NCBI GenBank assembly: GCA_963729715.1
Contig: CAVSPA010000009.1
Location: 31,907 to 95,906, forward strand
Reading direction: 5' to 3'
From: an uncultured delta proteobacterium
GTDB taxonomy: Bacteria > Desulfobacterota > Syntrophia > Syntrophales > UBA2185
Length of the DNA: 64,000 nucleotides
The notes beneath the pieces are model-generated. The model was not told where the DNA came from, did not search any database, and worked only from the letters and a program-made list of their open reading frames with translations. Made by a program: the position numbers and the translations under genes. Positions 30,853-41,692 of this stretch are shown in pieces (within the stretch, counting starts at the first letter, position 1; every line of letters starts with the position of its first letter).

Positions 30853-31060
30853 TAAGCGAGAATTAATAGCTTTGGAAAGAAAGAGATTATAAGGCGGCAG
30901 GTCATGCAAGATGTAATGATACAAAATTCAGTCTCCTCCTTTGTAAGCGCGGGTACTCCCGGCAAGGGAACAAAAGCGCGCATTTCTTCACCCGTTACAA
31001 ATGGGGCAAATTCAACTGGACTGAAAAATCAATGACAATGGTAAACGTTAGGAGCAAAGA

Positions 31061-34000
31061 ATGACTCAGACAAATTCAAACCACAGGGTGGGCCGCCTGA
31101 TCATCGTTGATGATGAATCAGAGTTGTTGAATATTCTGTGTGATATTCTAACTGATCGTGGGTATGAAACTGTGGGATATACGTCGGGCGCCGAAGCCCT
31201 GGCAAAGTTGAAGGACGAGGACTTCGATCTGCTGCTGACAGACCTGATGATGCCGGAAATGGGTGGGATCGAACTGCTTCAAGCCGCTCTTGTGATTGAC
31301 CCGAACATTGTCGGTATTGTCATGACCGGGCAGGGTACTGTACAGACGGCTGTGGAGGCCATGAAAACCGGCGCATTTGATTACATCATGAAGCCATTCA
31401 ATTTGAATAGCCTCCTACCCGTGCTGTCGCGGGCGATGGAAATACGTCATCTGCGAACAGAAAACATTCAATTACGGGAAACCGTGGCGATGCATGAACT
31501 TGGACAGGCATTGGCATTCACTTCGGATTTGAACCAGATACTGGATAAAGTGACAGACGCTGCGCTGCAACAGTGCGATGCGGACGAGGCGTCTATTATG
31601 CTGCCGACATCCGATGGCAAAGAGCTTATTATTGCCGTGGCGCGCGGCGGGCATGCAGAACACATAGGAAAAAGAATACCGGTAGGACAGGGTATCGCGG
31701 GATGGGTGGCTCATAATCTAAAGCCCGTTACTCTGAATGGAGAGGTTCATGACAAACGTTTTACGCCGATCAACCCAAGGGCTGACATACATAACGCGAT
31801 TTCCCTTCCGCTGCTCGTAGGGAACAGTTTAGTCGGTGTGTTGAATGTCAGTATCACCCGTCCCCACCGTCCTTTGACATTGGGACAGATCAAGGCATTG
31901 GGACTGCTGGTCACCATCGCATCCTCCATTATTGAGAATGCACGGCTGTCTGCCGAGAAAAAACGGGCGGAAGATCTCTACAGAACCCTGGCCGAAGATT
32001 CTCTTGCCGCTGTCTTTATAGTGCAGGATGGGAAATTTTGTTTCATTAACGCTGCCGTTGCGTCCATGGGTTATTCTCCGGGAGAGCTCATAGGACGTGA
32101 TTCTGATGCTATCATTCACCCCGAAGACAGGGATATCGTGAAGAAGATGGGCCGCGAGATGCTGCGGGGAGAACACACCGCGCCTTTCGAATACAGGATC
32201 GTAACCAAGCAGGGACAGATCAGGTGGTTAATGCAAATTGTATCTCCCATCCTGCATGAAGGAAGGCCGGCTATACTGGGTAATGCCACAGATATCACCG
32301 AGCTCAGGAGGGCGGAGGAGGCGTTGCGGGAGTCGGAAAATAAATTTGCTACGGCTTTCAGGAATAGTCCGGTCTCGGTAACAATTACATCTGTCTCAGA
32401 TGGAAAGTATATTGATGTGAACGACATCTTTTTAAGAGATACAGGGTATACACGCGACGAAATCATCGGCCATACGTCAGAGGAGTTACATATTTTTGCC
32501 GACTCTAATGACCGTGAACGGTTGACTTCCCAGGTTCGTAAAAAGGGTTATGTTTATGGCATGGAAATGAGTTTCCGCATGAAATCCGGAAGAATTCGAT
32601 ACTGTTTGATCTCAACCGGTATTATTCAAATGAATGGACTGCCTCACTTTATCTCCACCATCGTGGACATCACCGACCGCAAACAGATTGAGGAAGCATT
32701 GACGAAGAGCGAAAAACACTATCGTTCCTTATTTGAGAACATGCTGAACGGATTTGCGTATTGCAGAATGCTCTTTGATGGCGACCGGCCGCTGGATTTC
32801 ATCTATCTCGATGTTAATAACTCTTTCGAGACATTGACCGGATTAACGAATGTGGTTGGGAAAAAAGCATCCGAAGCTATTCCGGGCATACTTGAGTCGG
32901 ATGCTGAGTTGATCGAAATCTACGGCAGAGTGGCCATGACGGGTAAGCCGGAGCACTTTGAGAAATATGTAAAAGCATTGCAGATGTGGTTTTCACTTTC
33001 GGTTTATAGCCCTGAAAAAGGACACTTTGTTGCCGTATTTGACGTTATCACCGACCGCAAGAGGGCGGAGGAGGAGCTTAGAAATTACGCAGCAGAGATC
33101 AGTGATCTTTATAATAACGCCCCATGCGGCTATCACTCACTGGGGATGGACGGAACCTATCTCCGCATAAACGACGCCGAGCTTCAATGGCTTGGATACA
33201 CGCGAGACGAGCTCATTGGAAAGAAAACATTCTCCGACATAATAACGCCGGAAAGCAGGCAATTGTTCCAGCAAATGTATCCCGTTTTTAAAGAAAGGGG
33301 CTGGGTCGGTGGCGTGGAATTCGACATGATCCGCAAGGACGGTACTACCTTGCCGGTGCTCTTGAGTGCCACAGCCATTAAGGATGCGGACGGCAATTAT
33401 ATCATGAGCCGATCGACGATTTTTGATAACACAGAGCGCAAACACACGGAAGAGGAATTGCGAAGGTATCGTGAGCATCTCGAAGCGCTCGTAGATATCC
33501 GCACCGGCGAACTGGCGTCAAAAAACGCAGAGCTTGAAGAGGCAAGAACCACCGCCGTTTCAGCCAATCAGGCCAAAAGTGATTTTCTTGCCAGCATGTC
33601 CCATGAGCTTCGTACGCCGCTTAATGCAATAATCGGTTTCTCCGATGTTTTGCTGGAAGCATATTTCGGCGCCCTCAATGAAAAGCAGAAAGAATACATA
33701 ACCGATATTCTGGAGAGCGGGAAACATCTCCTCAACTTGATCAACGATATTCTCGACATCTCGAAGGTTGAAGCGGGCAAAATGGACTTGGAACTCGCTC
33801 CGATAGAAATAGGCAATCTTCTTGCGAGCTGCGTGGTAATGATCAAGGAAAAGGCGCACAAGCACTCGATAGATCTCAAGGTCGATATTCCCGAGGAGCT
33901 GTTGTCTTTCGAAATGCTCGCCGATCAGAGAAAGATCAAGCAGATAATGTTCAACCTGCTCTCCAATGCCGCGAAGTTCACGCCTGACGGCGGCGCCATT

Positions 34001-34282
34001 ACCCTTTCAGTAATGCGCACGCTGAAGGAAGGAAATGACGTTTTAGAAGTCAGTGTAACGGATACAGGTATAGGGATACTACCGGAGTATCAGGAGAGGA
34101 TATTTGAAAGCTTTTATCAAATCAGGGGCGGTTTGACGGACAAGACACCGGGAACCGGTCTGGGATTATCGTTGGTAAAGCAGATTGCGGAACTGCAGGG
34201 CGGAGAGATACGGTTGAAGAGCGAGGGGCGAGGAAAAGGCAGTCAGTTCAATTTTACCCTCCCGATCAAGACCTGTCTATGA
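31061..34282 (+). CDS. Hybrid kinase REC-GAF-PASx4-HisKA-HATPase
   Basis: SMSHELRTPLNAIIGF, NLLSNAAKFT, GTGLGL; N-half paralogous to 23724-26099. Confidence 0.93.
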   Translation: MTQTNSNHRVGRLIIVDDESELLNILCDILTDRGYETVGYTSGAEALAKLKDEDFDLLLTDLMMPEMGGIELLQAALVIDPNIVGIVMTGQGTVQTAVEAMKTGAFDYIMKPFNLNSLLPVLSRAMEIRHLRTENIQLRETVAMHELGQALAFTSDLNQILDKVTDAALQQCDADEASIMLPTSDGKELIIAVARGGHAEHIGKRIPVGQGIAGWVAHNLKPVTLNGEVHDKRFTPINPRADIHNAISLPLLVGNSLVGVLNVSITRPHRPLTLGQIKALGLLVTIASSIIENARLSAEKKRAEDLYRTLAEDSLAAVFIVQDGKFCFINAAVASMGYSPGELIGRDSDAIIHPEDRDIVKKMGREMLRGEHTAPFEYRIVTKQGQIRWLMQIVSPILHEGRPAILGNATDITELRRAEEALRESENKFATAFRNSPVSVTITSVSDGKYIDVNDIFLRDTGYTRDEIIGHTSEELHIFADSNDRERLTSQVRKKGYVYGMEMSFRMKSGRIRYCLISTGIIQMNGLPHFISTIVDITDRKQIEEALTKSEKHYRSLFENMLNGFAYCRMLFDGDRPLDFIYLDVNNSFETLTGLTNVVGKKASEAIPGILESDAELIEIYGRVAMTGKPEHFEKYVKALQMWFSLSVYSPEKGHFVAVFDVITDRKRAEEELRNYAAEISDLYNNAPCGYHSLGMDGTYLRINDAELQWLGYTRDELIGKKTFSDIITPESRQLFQQMYPVFKERGWVGGVEFDMIRKDGTTLPVLLSATAIKDADGNYIMSRSTIFDNTERKHTEEELRRYREHLEALVDIRTGELASKNAELEEARTTAVSANQAKSDFLASMSHELRTPLNAIIGFSDVLLEAYFGALNEKQKEYITDILESGKHLLNLINDILDISKVEAGKMDLELAPIEIGNLLASCVVMIKEKAHKHSIDLKVDIPEELLSFEMLADQRKIKQIMFNLLSNAAKFTPDGGAITLSVMRTLKEGNDVLEVSVTDTGIGILPEYQERIFESFYQIRGGLTDKTPGTGLGLSLVKQIAELQGGEIRLKSEGRGKGSQFNFTLPIKTCL
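31455..32322. repeat. 868-bp near-identical duplication, copy 2
   Basis: Offset 7337 from copy 1. Confidence 0.92.
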
Positions 34283-34398
34283 GAAAATTTATCATCCGCC
34301 GCGACGAGCTAAATTCCGGAACGAAGCTACGGTCGACGAATCGCAGGAGTCAACCTTTCAAAAAGAGATTGTCTCTGGCAAATGCGTGAGGGTAATGA

Positions 34399-34776
34399 AT
34401 GAGCAAAGTCATATTAATCGTGGAAGACGAACGCCTGAACATGAAGCTTTTTCGAGATTTGCTTCAGGTCAACGGATATGCCACTCTTAAAGCAAGAAAC
34501 GGAAGACAGGGTGTCGAAATAGCGCGGGAAAAGCAACCGGATCTGATTCTAATGGATATCCACATGCCTGTTATGGATGGCCTTGAGGCAACCCGCATCC
34601 TGAAAGCAGACCCTGTTACGGCAAGCATTCCGATCATTGCGCTGACGTCCGGAGCAATGGCCTCTGACAGGGAGAAAGCTGTCCAGGCAGGTTGTGACGG
34701 CTTTATGTCAAAGCCCATAGACATTCATGATTTTCTTGAAATGGTTGCAAGTGAACTCCGTGATGGAAGGGAATAA
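34399..34776 (+). CDS. DivK-like single-domain response regulator
   Basis: LIVEDERLNMKLFRDLL, LMDIHMP, GCDGFMSKP. Confidence 0.9.
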   Translation: MSKVILIVEDERLNMKLFRDLLQVNGYATLKARNGRQGVEIAREKQPDLILMDIHMPVMDGLEATRILKADPVTASIPIIALTSGAMASDREKAVQAGCDGFMSKPIDIHDFLEMVASELRDGRE

Positions 34777-34788
34777 CGGGAGATAATT

Positions 34789-36318
34789 ATGATTCGCCAG
34801 ATGCCAAGTATTCTATGTGTTGACGATGAATCGGTTAACCTGTCACTTCTCCGGGCTGTCCTGATACCGCAGGGCTACGAAGTTGTCACAGCGGATAATG
34901 GTCAGGCGGCATTGGAACTGCTCAACAAAAAACACGTTGACCTTGTACTCCTGGACGTCATGATGCCCGGGATGGATGGCTTTGCGGTATGCAGACTCAT
35001 AAGGGAGAATGAAAAGCTCATGCGTGTCCCTGTCGTAATGATTACATCACTGACATCAAAACAGGACCGCATCAAAGGTATTGAGGCAGGAGCTGAGGAC
35101 TTCATAGCTAAACCCTTTGATCAGGGTGAAGTGCTTGCAAGGATCAGAATGCTCCTCAAGATGAAAGGCCTCGTAGATAACCTGCACACGGCTTACACAA
35201 ATATTTCGGATTTGACGGTATTCAGCAAGGCGACATTAGAGAATTTCAATCCATTGTCTTTCGATTTTTTATCCCAAATAGACGCAGTGGTCACCCGGAT
35301 AATACGGCAGACCGCCGACGATCCGGAAAAACCAAAAATTGTACTGGTGGGAACCAGCGATCAAAAAAATGCCTGGAACTGGAACCAGTATGAGTTTTCC
35401 TATAACGATCTGGACAGGGCGCTGCTTCAATCTAAATCAGGCTTCTCCACTATTTTCAATCTGCCTGAAAGGGGTAAATCGAAAACGATATTTTATAACG
35501 CCGAAGATATTTCCCGTTCGGAGCTGCAACATTTTTTTGATGATCTGGTATCATTCAGAATCGTTGTTTCCAATGCAGTATGTTATTTGAGCAGGGACAT
35601 CTGCATCATTGCGCTCAATTACGGCAGGAAAGTATCTGCATATGATGCCTCGGTATTGGACAGCCTGGTGCTCGACGTTCTCTTCCTGAAATCTCTCTCT
35701 GCACAGATCAAAGAGGTAGAGAATGCCTTTGAATATACCGTTTATGCCCTTGCCAGGGCCGCGGAAGCGAATGATGAGGACACGGGAAACCACATATTAA
35801 GGGTGGGCGAGTACAGCGCTATCCTTGCCAAGAAACTCAGAATGCCGGACGAATTTGTGAGGACTATAAGAGTACAAGCGACTCTACACGATGTGGGGAA
35901 AATACACATTCCCGCTGCCATACTCAAGAAGCCCGGGAAGCTGACGTCAGATGAATTTGTTGAAATGCAAAAGCATGCATTATATGGCGCTAAGATCATT
36001 GGGGGCCATGTGCAATTGACAATGGGGAGGTCTATCGCACTGACTCACCATGAAAGATTTGACGGCAGCGGGTACCCTAATGGACTGAAGGGCGCTGCAA
36101 TCCCCATTGAAGGAATGATAGTTTATATTGCAGACCAGTATGACGCCCTGCGCAACAAGAGAGTTTATAAACCCCCTTTCAGTCACCTAAGAACATTAGA
36201 CATAATTACCAGGGGTGATGAAAGAACATTGCCAAGACACTTTGATCCCCGCGTATTAAAGGCATTTCAGGATACGGCCCGCAAATTTGAGGAAGTATAT
36301 GAAGAATTGAAATATTGA
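34789..36318 (+). CDS. REC-HD-GYP (RpfG-like) phosphodiesterase
   Basis: DTGNHILRV, HDVGK, HHERFDGSGYP, KRVYK. Confidence 0.92.
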   Translation: MIRQMPSILCVDDESVNLSLLRAVLIPQGYEVVTADNGQAALELLNKKHVDLVLLDVMMPGMDGFAVCRLIRENEKLMRVPVVMITSLTSKQDRIKGIEAGAEDFIAKPFDQGEVLARIRMLLKMKGLVDNLHTAYTNISDLTVFSKATLENFNPLSFDFLSQIDAVVTRIIRQTADDPEKPKIVLVGTSDQKNAWNWNQYEFSYNDLDRALLQSKSGFSTIFNLPERGKSKTIFYNAEDISRSELQHFFDDLVSFRIVVSNAVCYLSRDICIIALNYGRKVSAYDASVLDSLVLDVLFLKSLSAQIKEVENAFEYTVYALARAAEANDEDTGNHILRVGEYSAILAKKLRMPDEFVRTIRVQATLHDVGKIHIPAAILKKPGKLTSDEFVEMQKHALYGAKIIGGHVQLTMGRSIALTHHERFDGSGYPNGLKGAAIPIEGMIVYIADQYDALRNKRVYKPPFSHLRTLDIITRGDERTLPRHFDPRVLKAFQDTARKFEEVYEELKY

Positions 36319-36361
36319 TCAATCCTATTCAGACATATGTGGATTTGGAAAGGATAGTCCC

Positions 36362-37921
36362 ATGAAGACTGTTATGAAATTAGCCATAATTCTCATTTTG
36401 CTTTTCCCTATGGCAACGTATGCGGAAATTAAAAATATAGTTTCGGAAGGAACCTACAACATGGGAGACGGAGAGACCCCCAGTGTTGCTGAAAGTCGTG
36501 CTCTACTGAATGCTAAAAGAGCTGCATTGGAAGAGGCGGGTACTTATGTTGAGAGCTATTCCAAAACGAAAAATTATCAGTTGACCGAGGACGAGGTCAA
36601 GGTTATTTCTTCCGGTCTCATGCAGGTCACCATCTTGGAAAAGAAAAGGACAATAGTCGGTGACGGATTTCGTTTTTGGGTAAAAATACAAGCCATGGTT
36701 AGCCCGGAAAAAATGGAGAACATGGCGACACGCGTTAAAGAAAAATCCGTTATCGATGATTACAAGAAGATACAGGTGGAATACGAGAAAAGCCGCAAGG
36801 AAATAGCCATCCTAAAAAAACAGTTACTGTCTGCGCGGAACGGAACGAATAAGAAAAAGATAGAGGCGCTCATCGAAAGCGACGAGCGGTTATTTCAGGC
36901 TAACGAATGGTTTGAGAAAGGATCCATTTATAACCTGAATCACGAGCACGATCAGGCGATAGAGGCATACACGAATGCTATTGCCCTCAATCCCGATTAC
37001 ATAGAAGCATACGACAGGCGCGGAATAGCTTACTACAATAAGGGACTACTTCAAAACGATAAACTTCTCATAGATCGGGCAGTCGAGGATTTTAAGAGAG
37101 TAGCGCTTTTAAAGCCGCAAACACTCGCCGGTGCTTGGGCACAAGGGGTCATCGATTTATCTCAAAACCAGTATGCTAAGGCCCTTGCGTCTTTCAGCAA
37201 AGCAGTCACTTTTGATCCCGAAAACGAGTTGGGTTATCTCGGCAGAGGAGTCACATATGCCGCCACGAAGCAGTTCGATCGGGCGCTGGAAGAATACACC
37301 ATGGCGATAGCGACGAAAGGTTTCTGGCAGGCCATATCATACCAAAACAGGGCTATCATCTATGCTCAAAAGGGGCAGTACGATATGGCTGTCCAAGATA
37401 TGAACCAAGCAATCGCTTTAGTCCCCAATAACGCCCACTTCTACTACTTGCGGGGACTTGCTCGTGCCATGACCAAAGACATGGAAAAAGCCACTGCAGA
37501 TTACGATAAGGCCTGCAAGATGGGGAATAAGAATGGATGTGAACGGCTGCTTGGGCTGTCGTCGGTGGAGAAAGTGCAGGGGTCATATTATATAACTGCG
37601 GCTGATGGGGCGATAGGCGGCGAGTACGCGCAGCTCATAATTTTTGAAATCAAAGACGGCAAACTGACCGCCAGTGCTCCCCCTACTTCTGTTGCTGGTA
37701 TGACGCTCTATAAAACGATTTCGGATATTGCCTTTAAGGATAACATACTCACATTAACGTATAGATCCCAAATACAAGAGATCTGGAGCGTGAGCTACAT
37801 GACCGCTGATTTCACAGGCAATACAATGAAAATACCATGTAAATGGAAGTTGATCAGCGGCAATTCAGGATCCATAGGTTCTGAGTCTAATGGTTTTCTA
37901 ATCCGCAACCAGAGGCACTAG
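36362..37921 (+). CDS. Secreted TPR-repeat protein
   Basis: Signal peptide (…ATYA-E), coiled coil, several TPR units (AIEAYTNAIALNP, AYDRRGIAY). Confidence 0.85.
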   Translation: MKTVMKLAIILILLFPMATYAEIKNIVSEGTYNMGDGETPSVAESRALLNAKRAALEEAGTYVESYSKTKNYQLTEDEVKVISSGLMQVTILEKKRTIVGDGFRFWVKIQAMVSPEKMENMATRVKEKSVIDDYKKIQVEYEKSRKEIAILKKQLLSARNGTNKKKIEALIESDERLFQANEWFEKGSIYNLNHEHDQAIEAYTNAIALNPDYIEAYDRRGIAYYNKGLLQNDKLLIDRAVEDFKRVALLKPQTLAGAWAQGVIDLSQNQYAKALASFSKAVTFDPENELGYLGRGVTYAATKQFDRALEEYTMAIATKGFWQAISYQNRAIIYAQKGQYDMAVQDMNQAIALVPNNAHFYYLRGLARAMTKDMEKATADYDKACKMGNKNGCERLLGLSSVEKVQGSYYITAADGAIGGEYAQLIIFEIKDGKLTASAPPTSVAGMTLYKTISDIAFKDNILTLTYRSQIQEIWSVSYMTADFTGNTMKIPCKWKLISGNSGSIGSESNGFLIRNQRH

Positions 37922-37970
37922 GTCAAGGCGTTCATGGCCTTTTCCCCATCAATCTTCTCTTTGCATCAAA

Positions 37971-38555
37971 TTGATATTTTCAATAGGTACTCAATGCAGT
38001 CCCCCGAAAGTTCACAATCCCCCGTTTATTGCGAAGCTCAAAGAAGCCGCGCCGCGTAAAGGATTTGTTGAATGGGGGGATTTTATAGCCTTGCGCGATA
38101 ATCTTCCTGACTACCTGAAAGGGCTTTGCACTTTCGGCTATCGTACAGGATGGAGAATATCCGAGATAACAAATTTGAAATGGTCTGAAGTTGACCTCAA
38201 TCAAAATATCGTGACATTGAATCCGGGTGAAACAAAGAATGACGAGGGCCGGGTTGTCTATCTTGATAGTGAGTTAAAAGATATTCTTGTAAAGCAATGG
38301 GAAGCAAGAAAGAAAAATGCGAAGATACTCCCCTATGTTTTCCTGAATGAAGAAAAGACGGATCGAGTTAAGAGTTTTCGCAAAGCGTGGCACTCAGCGT
38401 GTACGAAAGCAAAAATAGGCAGCCGTCTATTTCACGACCTGAGAAGATCGGCGGTTAGGAACCTTGTGAGATCAGGAGTCCCGGAAGGTGTTGCCATGAG
38501 GATAAGCGGTCACAATGTCTATATCTTAAAGATATTGCAAGAAGGAGATCCTTAG
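37971..38555 (+). pseudogene. Internal fragment of phage-type tyrosine integrase
   Basis: TGWRISE, TKN, FHDLRR, ISGH, then breaks off before the catalytic Tyr; no N-terminal domain. Confidence 0.82.
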
Positions 38556-38572
38556 CAGTCACTAGTGCCGAG

Positions 38573-39094
38573 ATGGCGTATGTACAAAGGCATCCGGAAT
38601 ACAACATGAACAAGGACGCGCCTGTGATAAACAAGGGCAAGGCTGTGTTATACAGCGAGCAGCAGGAAGCGGTCGAGTCCCGCCTGAAACAGGAGAAAGG
38701 GAATTTCGGGCTGTTATATTTTTATTCGCCTAACTGCGGTTATTGCATTGAGCAATCCGGTATACTTAAATTCTTTAGCAACAAATACAAGTGGGACATC
38801 AAGGGAGTGGACGTAACCAGGGAGCCGGATGCAAAAGCGCAGTTCAATATCGGTACCACACCTACGCTCCTGTTAGTGCAGCGGTCGTCAGGCGATTCAA
38901 TCACCATAGCGGTAGGCGTCGTATCACTCGATGAAATAGAAGGCACGACATATAAAGCCATAAGGTATCTCAGCAAGGAGATTACGCCTGAACAGTGGAA
39001 TGTCTATGAGTTTCAGAAGGACGGTTTGATGGACCCGTTGGCGACAGTAAAAACTAAACCTGAGATAAACAAATCTATCACTAACGATTATTGA
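38573..39094 (+). pseudogene. traF: C-terminal thioredoxin-like part of F-type conjugal protein TraF
   Basis: GLLYFYSPNCGYC, TPTLLLV, IAVGVVSLDEI; N-terminus/signal peptide missing. Confidence 0.7.
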
Positions 39095-39312
39095 TGCAGT
39101 AATTTAAATTCACCCACGTATTGTTCACTGAGTATTTTTATCGAGCTCATTGAATTTTTATTGAAAGCATCAAACGTGACCGATTTGTTTATGTCGCACC
39201 TTTCATCCCGTAATTCACAAACATCATCAGATCAAACTCGCGTTGTGCTGCAAATTTCTATCAAAGCGTTAGGTTGAGATTTCTTAGGCACAATTGATTT
39301 CGGGTTGAAAGA

Positions 39313-39373
39313 GTGTAACGCCATTATCCAGTGGCGGTGCATTAGCACCGTCCGCTGAAACTATTTGTTGGCT
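39313..39373 (-). other. Integron attC-like site overlapping the phosphatase stop codon
   Basis: rc: AGCCAAC-AAATAGTTTCAGCGGACGGTGC-TAAT-GCACCGCCACTGGATAATGGC-GTTACAC; AAC/GTT ends, imperfect stem with an extrahelical base. Confidence 0.65.
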
Positions 39374-40224
39374 GGCCACGGCGCCAACTGAGGATATTGG
39401 GCCAGTGCATCGGCTTCGGCCTTACAGTCGCGCGTAGGTTTAACGCCTTTGGCACGAACTGCCGCAAGTTCCTTCTTCGCGATTTTTATATCGGCACGAA
39501 ACACCCGATCAGCGTGCAGTCGAGCGACAGTGGCAGCCCCCATGAAACGCCCCTCAACTACATCACTCTGCCAGTGAACGTTACATATCACACGGCTCTG
39601 TCCGAACGCCCGGCCTCTGGCGAGTATCGCATCGGCATATTCGGGAGAAATCTCACTAAGGATGAGCGCCCATGCCCAGCCGATAGCGCTATGTCCGGAA
39701 GGGTAAGAGCCATTCGTCTTCAGAAAATCTTCATCGGGCCGATAACATGTACGTTCTTTGTTTTCGACAAATGGGCGAATACGCTTGTACTTATCCTTAG
39801 CCTTGCAGGTAGAATAACTCACATCGTCATTGGTGCGGCGCATCAGTTTGTAGATGTGCGGCGTGTCCTGCTCAGTAATCGGGGCATTGAGAGCGCAGTC
39901 GAATGTGCCAACCACCCGCGGAAAATCTTTTTTGAGGTCGGCATCCACAGCAGCCAAGTGCCAGCGAGATGAGTCACGCAGAACGAGGCTATTTCTTTTG
40001 ATATCGTTGTCAAGTGAAAACGCTGTCGAACCTTTGGTGGGAGGTGGGGGAATAAGCACCTCGCTATTGGGAATCGCCTCGCACGGTAAATATCCTGCGC
40101 ATTTCTCTGGGCAGGCCGAAGCATCACCTTGCCTTTCAATACTCAAACAATCTGTGGTGATTGCAACGCAGGCCAGAACAATCATGATTTTATACAGCAC
40201 AGCATTACACGTATATTTCATCAT
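39361..40224 (-). CDS. Class A non-specific acid phosphatase (PAP2, PhoN/PhoC-like)
   Basis: KDKYKRIRP, SYPSGH, SRVICNVHWQSDV; N-terminal signal. Confidence 0.92.
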   Translation of the reverse strand: MMKYTCNAVLYKIMIVLACVAITTDCLSIERQGDASACPEKCAGYLPCEAIPNSEVLIPPPPTKGSTAFSLDNDIKRNSLVLRDSSRWHLAAVDADLKKDFPRVVGTFDCALNAPITEQDTPHIYKLMRRTNDDVSYSTCKAKDKYKRIRPFVENKERTCYRPDEDFLKTNGSYPSGHSAIGWAWALILSEISPEYADAILARGRAFGQSRVICNVHWQSDVVEGRFMGAATVARLHADRVFRADIKIAKKELAAVRAKGVKPTRDCKAEADALAQYPQLAPWPANK

Positions 40225-40427
40225 TTGAGATGCCTCCTTATCATTCTGAATGAAAGATTGCCTCGCTGCGGTGACCTACCCCCAGAACTTGTACCACATG
40301 TTAAGTTAGAATTCTGCCATTTTCTCCTTCAGGTTCAATAGGACACATTTTCTATATATGAATTATGAATTGAAATGGAGCAAGCACAAAAATCAGCGCC
40401 GCTAAACTGGAAACGAGTCTATATCTC

Positions 40428-41630
40428 TCATCGACCTATAACATTAACGACACCAGTGACAGGAACCTGTTCGATCTTTTTCTGCTGTCCTATCAGCTGT
40501 GAAATAAGCGATAACACATGCATCGTTTGGTCTGCACGACATCTGTCACCAAAATGTGGATCCCTTGGGATAAAATATTTAGATCCCTCAAAATCGACAG
40601 TTACAGGAGCATCACTATCGGTTTGCGATTTACGAACCAAAAACAATGAGACTCCTGGCGAATCGCATCCCGGTATGCCAATATTGGGAATAAATTTGGG
40701 GTCTATTTCTTCTCTACGCACTATTTCTCCCAAATAATACATTATCGCCTCAGGAGATCTGAGATATATTTTGCCCATTACCTTCTTATCCTTATCCTTA
40801 TCCGTATCCTTACACTCCATCTGCTCGTCTTCAGTCCTGCCTTCAATTGCAAATCTTAAAGTCTCCTCACCCTCACACAACACAGTATATTTGGTTTTTT
40901 TCGATTTTAACTGATACCAATATTCCTCTCCATCTTTCTCAGTAATGATCTCAAAATCTGCTTTTCGAGCTTCGATTAAGTCTTTCGGACGCACTGGTTG
41001 CTCTGTCCTAACTTTAGGACTGACTAATTTACAGTCCTGGCTTTCTACTTTACATTTCATTTTTCGAATTTTATCTTGAAAATCTTTAAACTTTTTTTCG
41101 TCAGGGGGATAATTATCAAATAATACCTCCCACTCATCCTTGCTATTTTTTTTCTCCATCTTTTGGATGAAAAGATGCAGCAACATTTCTGGAGGCCAGC
41201 CCGACTTCCAATAGTAATCAAGTGTGCACATGGGCACAGGAGTCATTATGCCCCGTGTAAATTCTTGAGTGTCTAATACAGTAAGGTCAAAGTTTGGATT
41301 TGACTGATAAGTTGCACTCGGAGCAACTGAATATGCACCAGCATAACTAGGCCATGGACTAAACGGAATAGTTATGTTCCCCGTTGAAAAATTGTATTGC
41401 ATATTTCCTCTCAGAGCATTGAAACTTGTAAAATATATAGGGTAACGCCTGCTTGCACGCAAAATATTACGCAGGAGCATTTGATTTTGCGCCTTTTCAA
41501 CAACAATGTTAAAGTCAGATGAACTGTCTGCCAGTCGTTCTTTTGGAAACGGTCCAACACATCCGACAAACAAACCCAATATACTCACCCCAACGAATAA
41601 CCTTAGTATAACATGACAATTTATCTTCAT
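40428..41630 (-). CDS. Hypothetical lipoprotein
   Basis: ~400-aa ORF, lipobox FVGC, RBS GGAGG before ATG 41630. Confidence 0.75.
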   Translation of the reverse strand: MKINCHVILRLFVGVSILGLFVGCVGPFPKERLADSSSDFNIVVEKAQNQMLLRNILRASRRYPIYFTSFNALRGNMQYNFSTGNITIPFSPWPSYAGAYSVAPSATYQSNPNFDLTVLDTQEFTRGIMTPVPMCTLDYYWKSGWPPEMLLHLFIQKMEKKNSKDEWEVLFDNYPPDEKKFKDFQDKIRKMKCKVESQDCKLVSPKVRTEQPVRPKDLIEARKADFEIITEKDGEEYWYQLKSKKTKYTVLCEGEETLRFAIEGRTEDEQMECKDTDKDKDKKVMGKIYLRSPEAIMYYLGEIVRREEIDPKFIPNIGIPGCDSPGVSLFLVRKSQTDSDAPVTVDFEGSKYFIPRDPHFGDRCRADQTMHVLSLISQLIGQQKKIEQVPVTGVVNVIGR

Positions 41631-41692
41631 GACTTCACCTCCTGACACATGCACATAAATTGTTCGTTGATAAGTGACCCGCCAGTGGTTCC

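Noticed and set aside
24118..32322. DGR template/variable repeat pair
   Set aside because: The few differences are not adenine-specific and no reverse transcriptase is present.
40272..40340. IS3-like end (TGACCTACCCCCAGAACTTGTACCA)
   Set aside because: Resemblance only; no transposase or partner end.
40396..40416. Second attC half-site (CGCCGCTAAACTGGAAACG)
   Set aside because: Too degenerate; no matching arm or GTT end.
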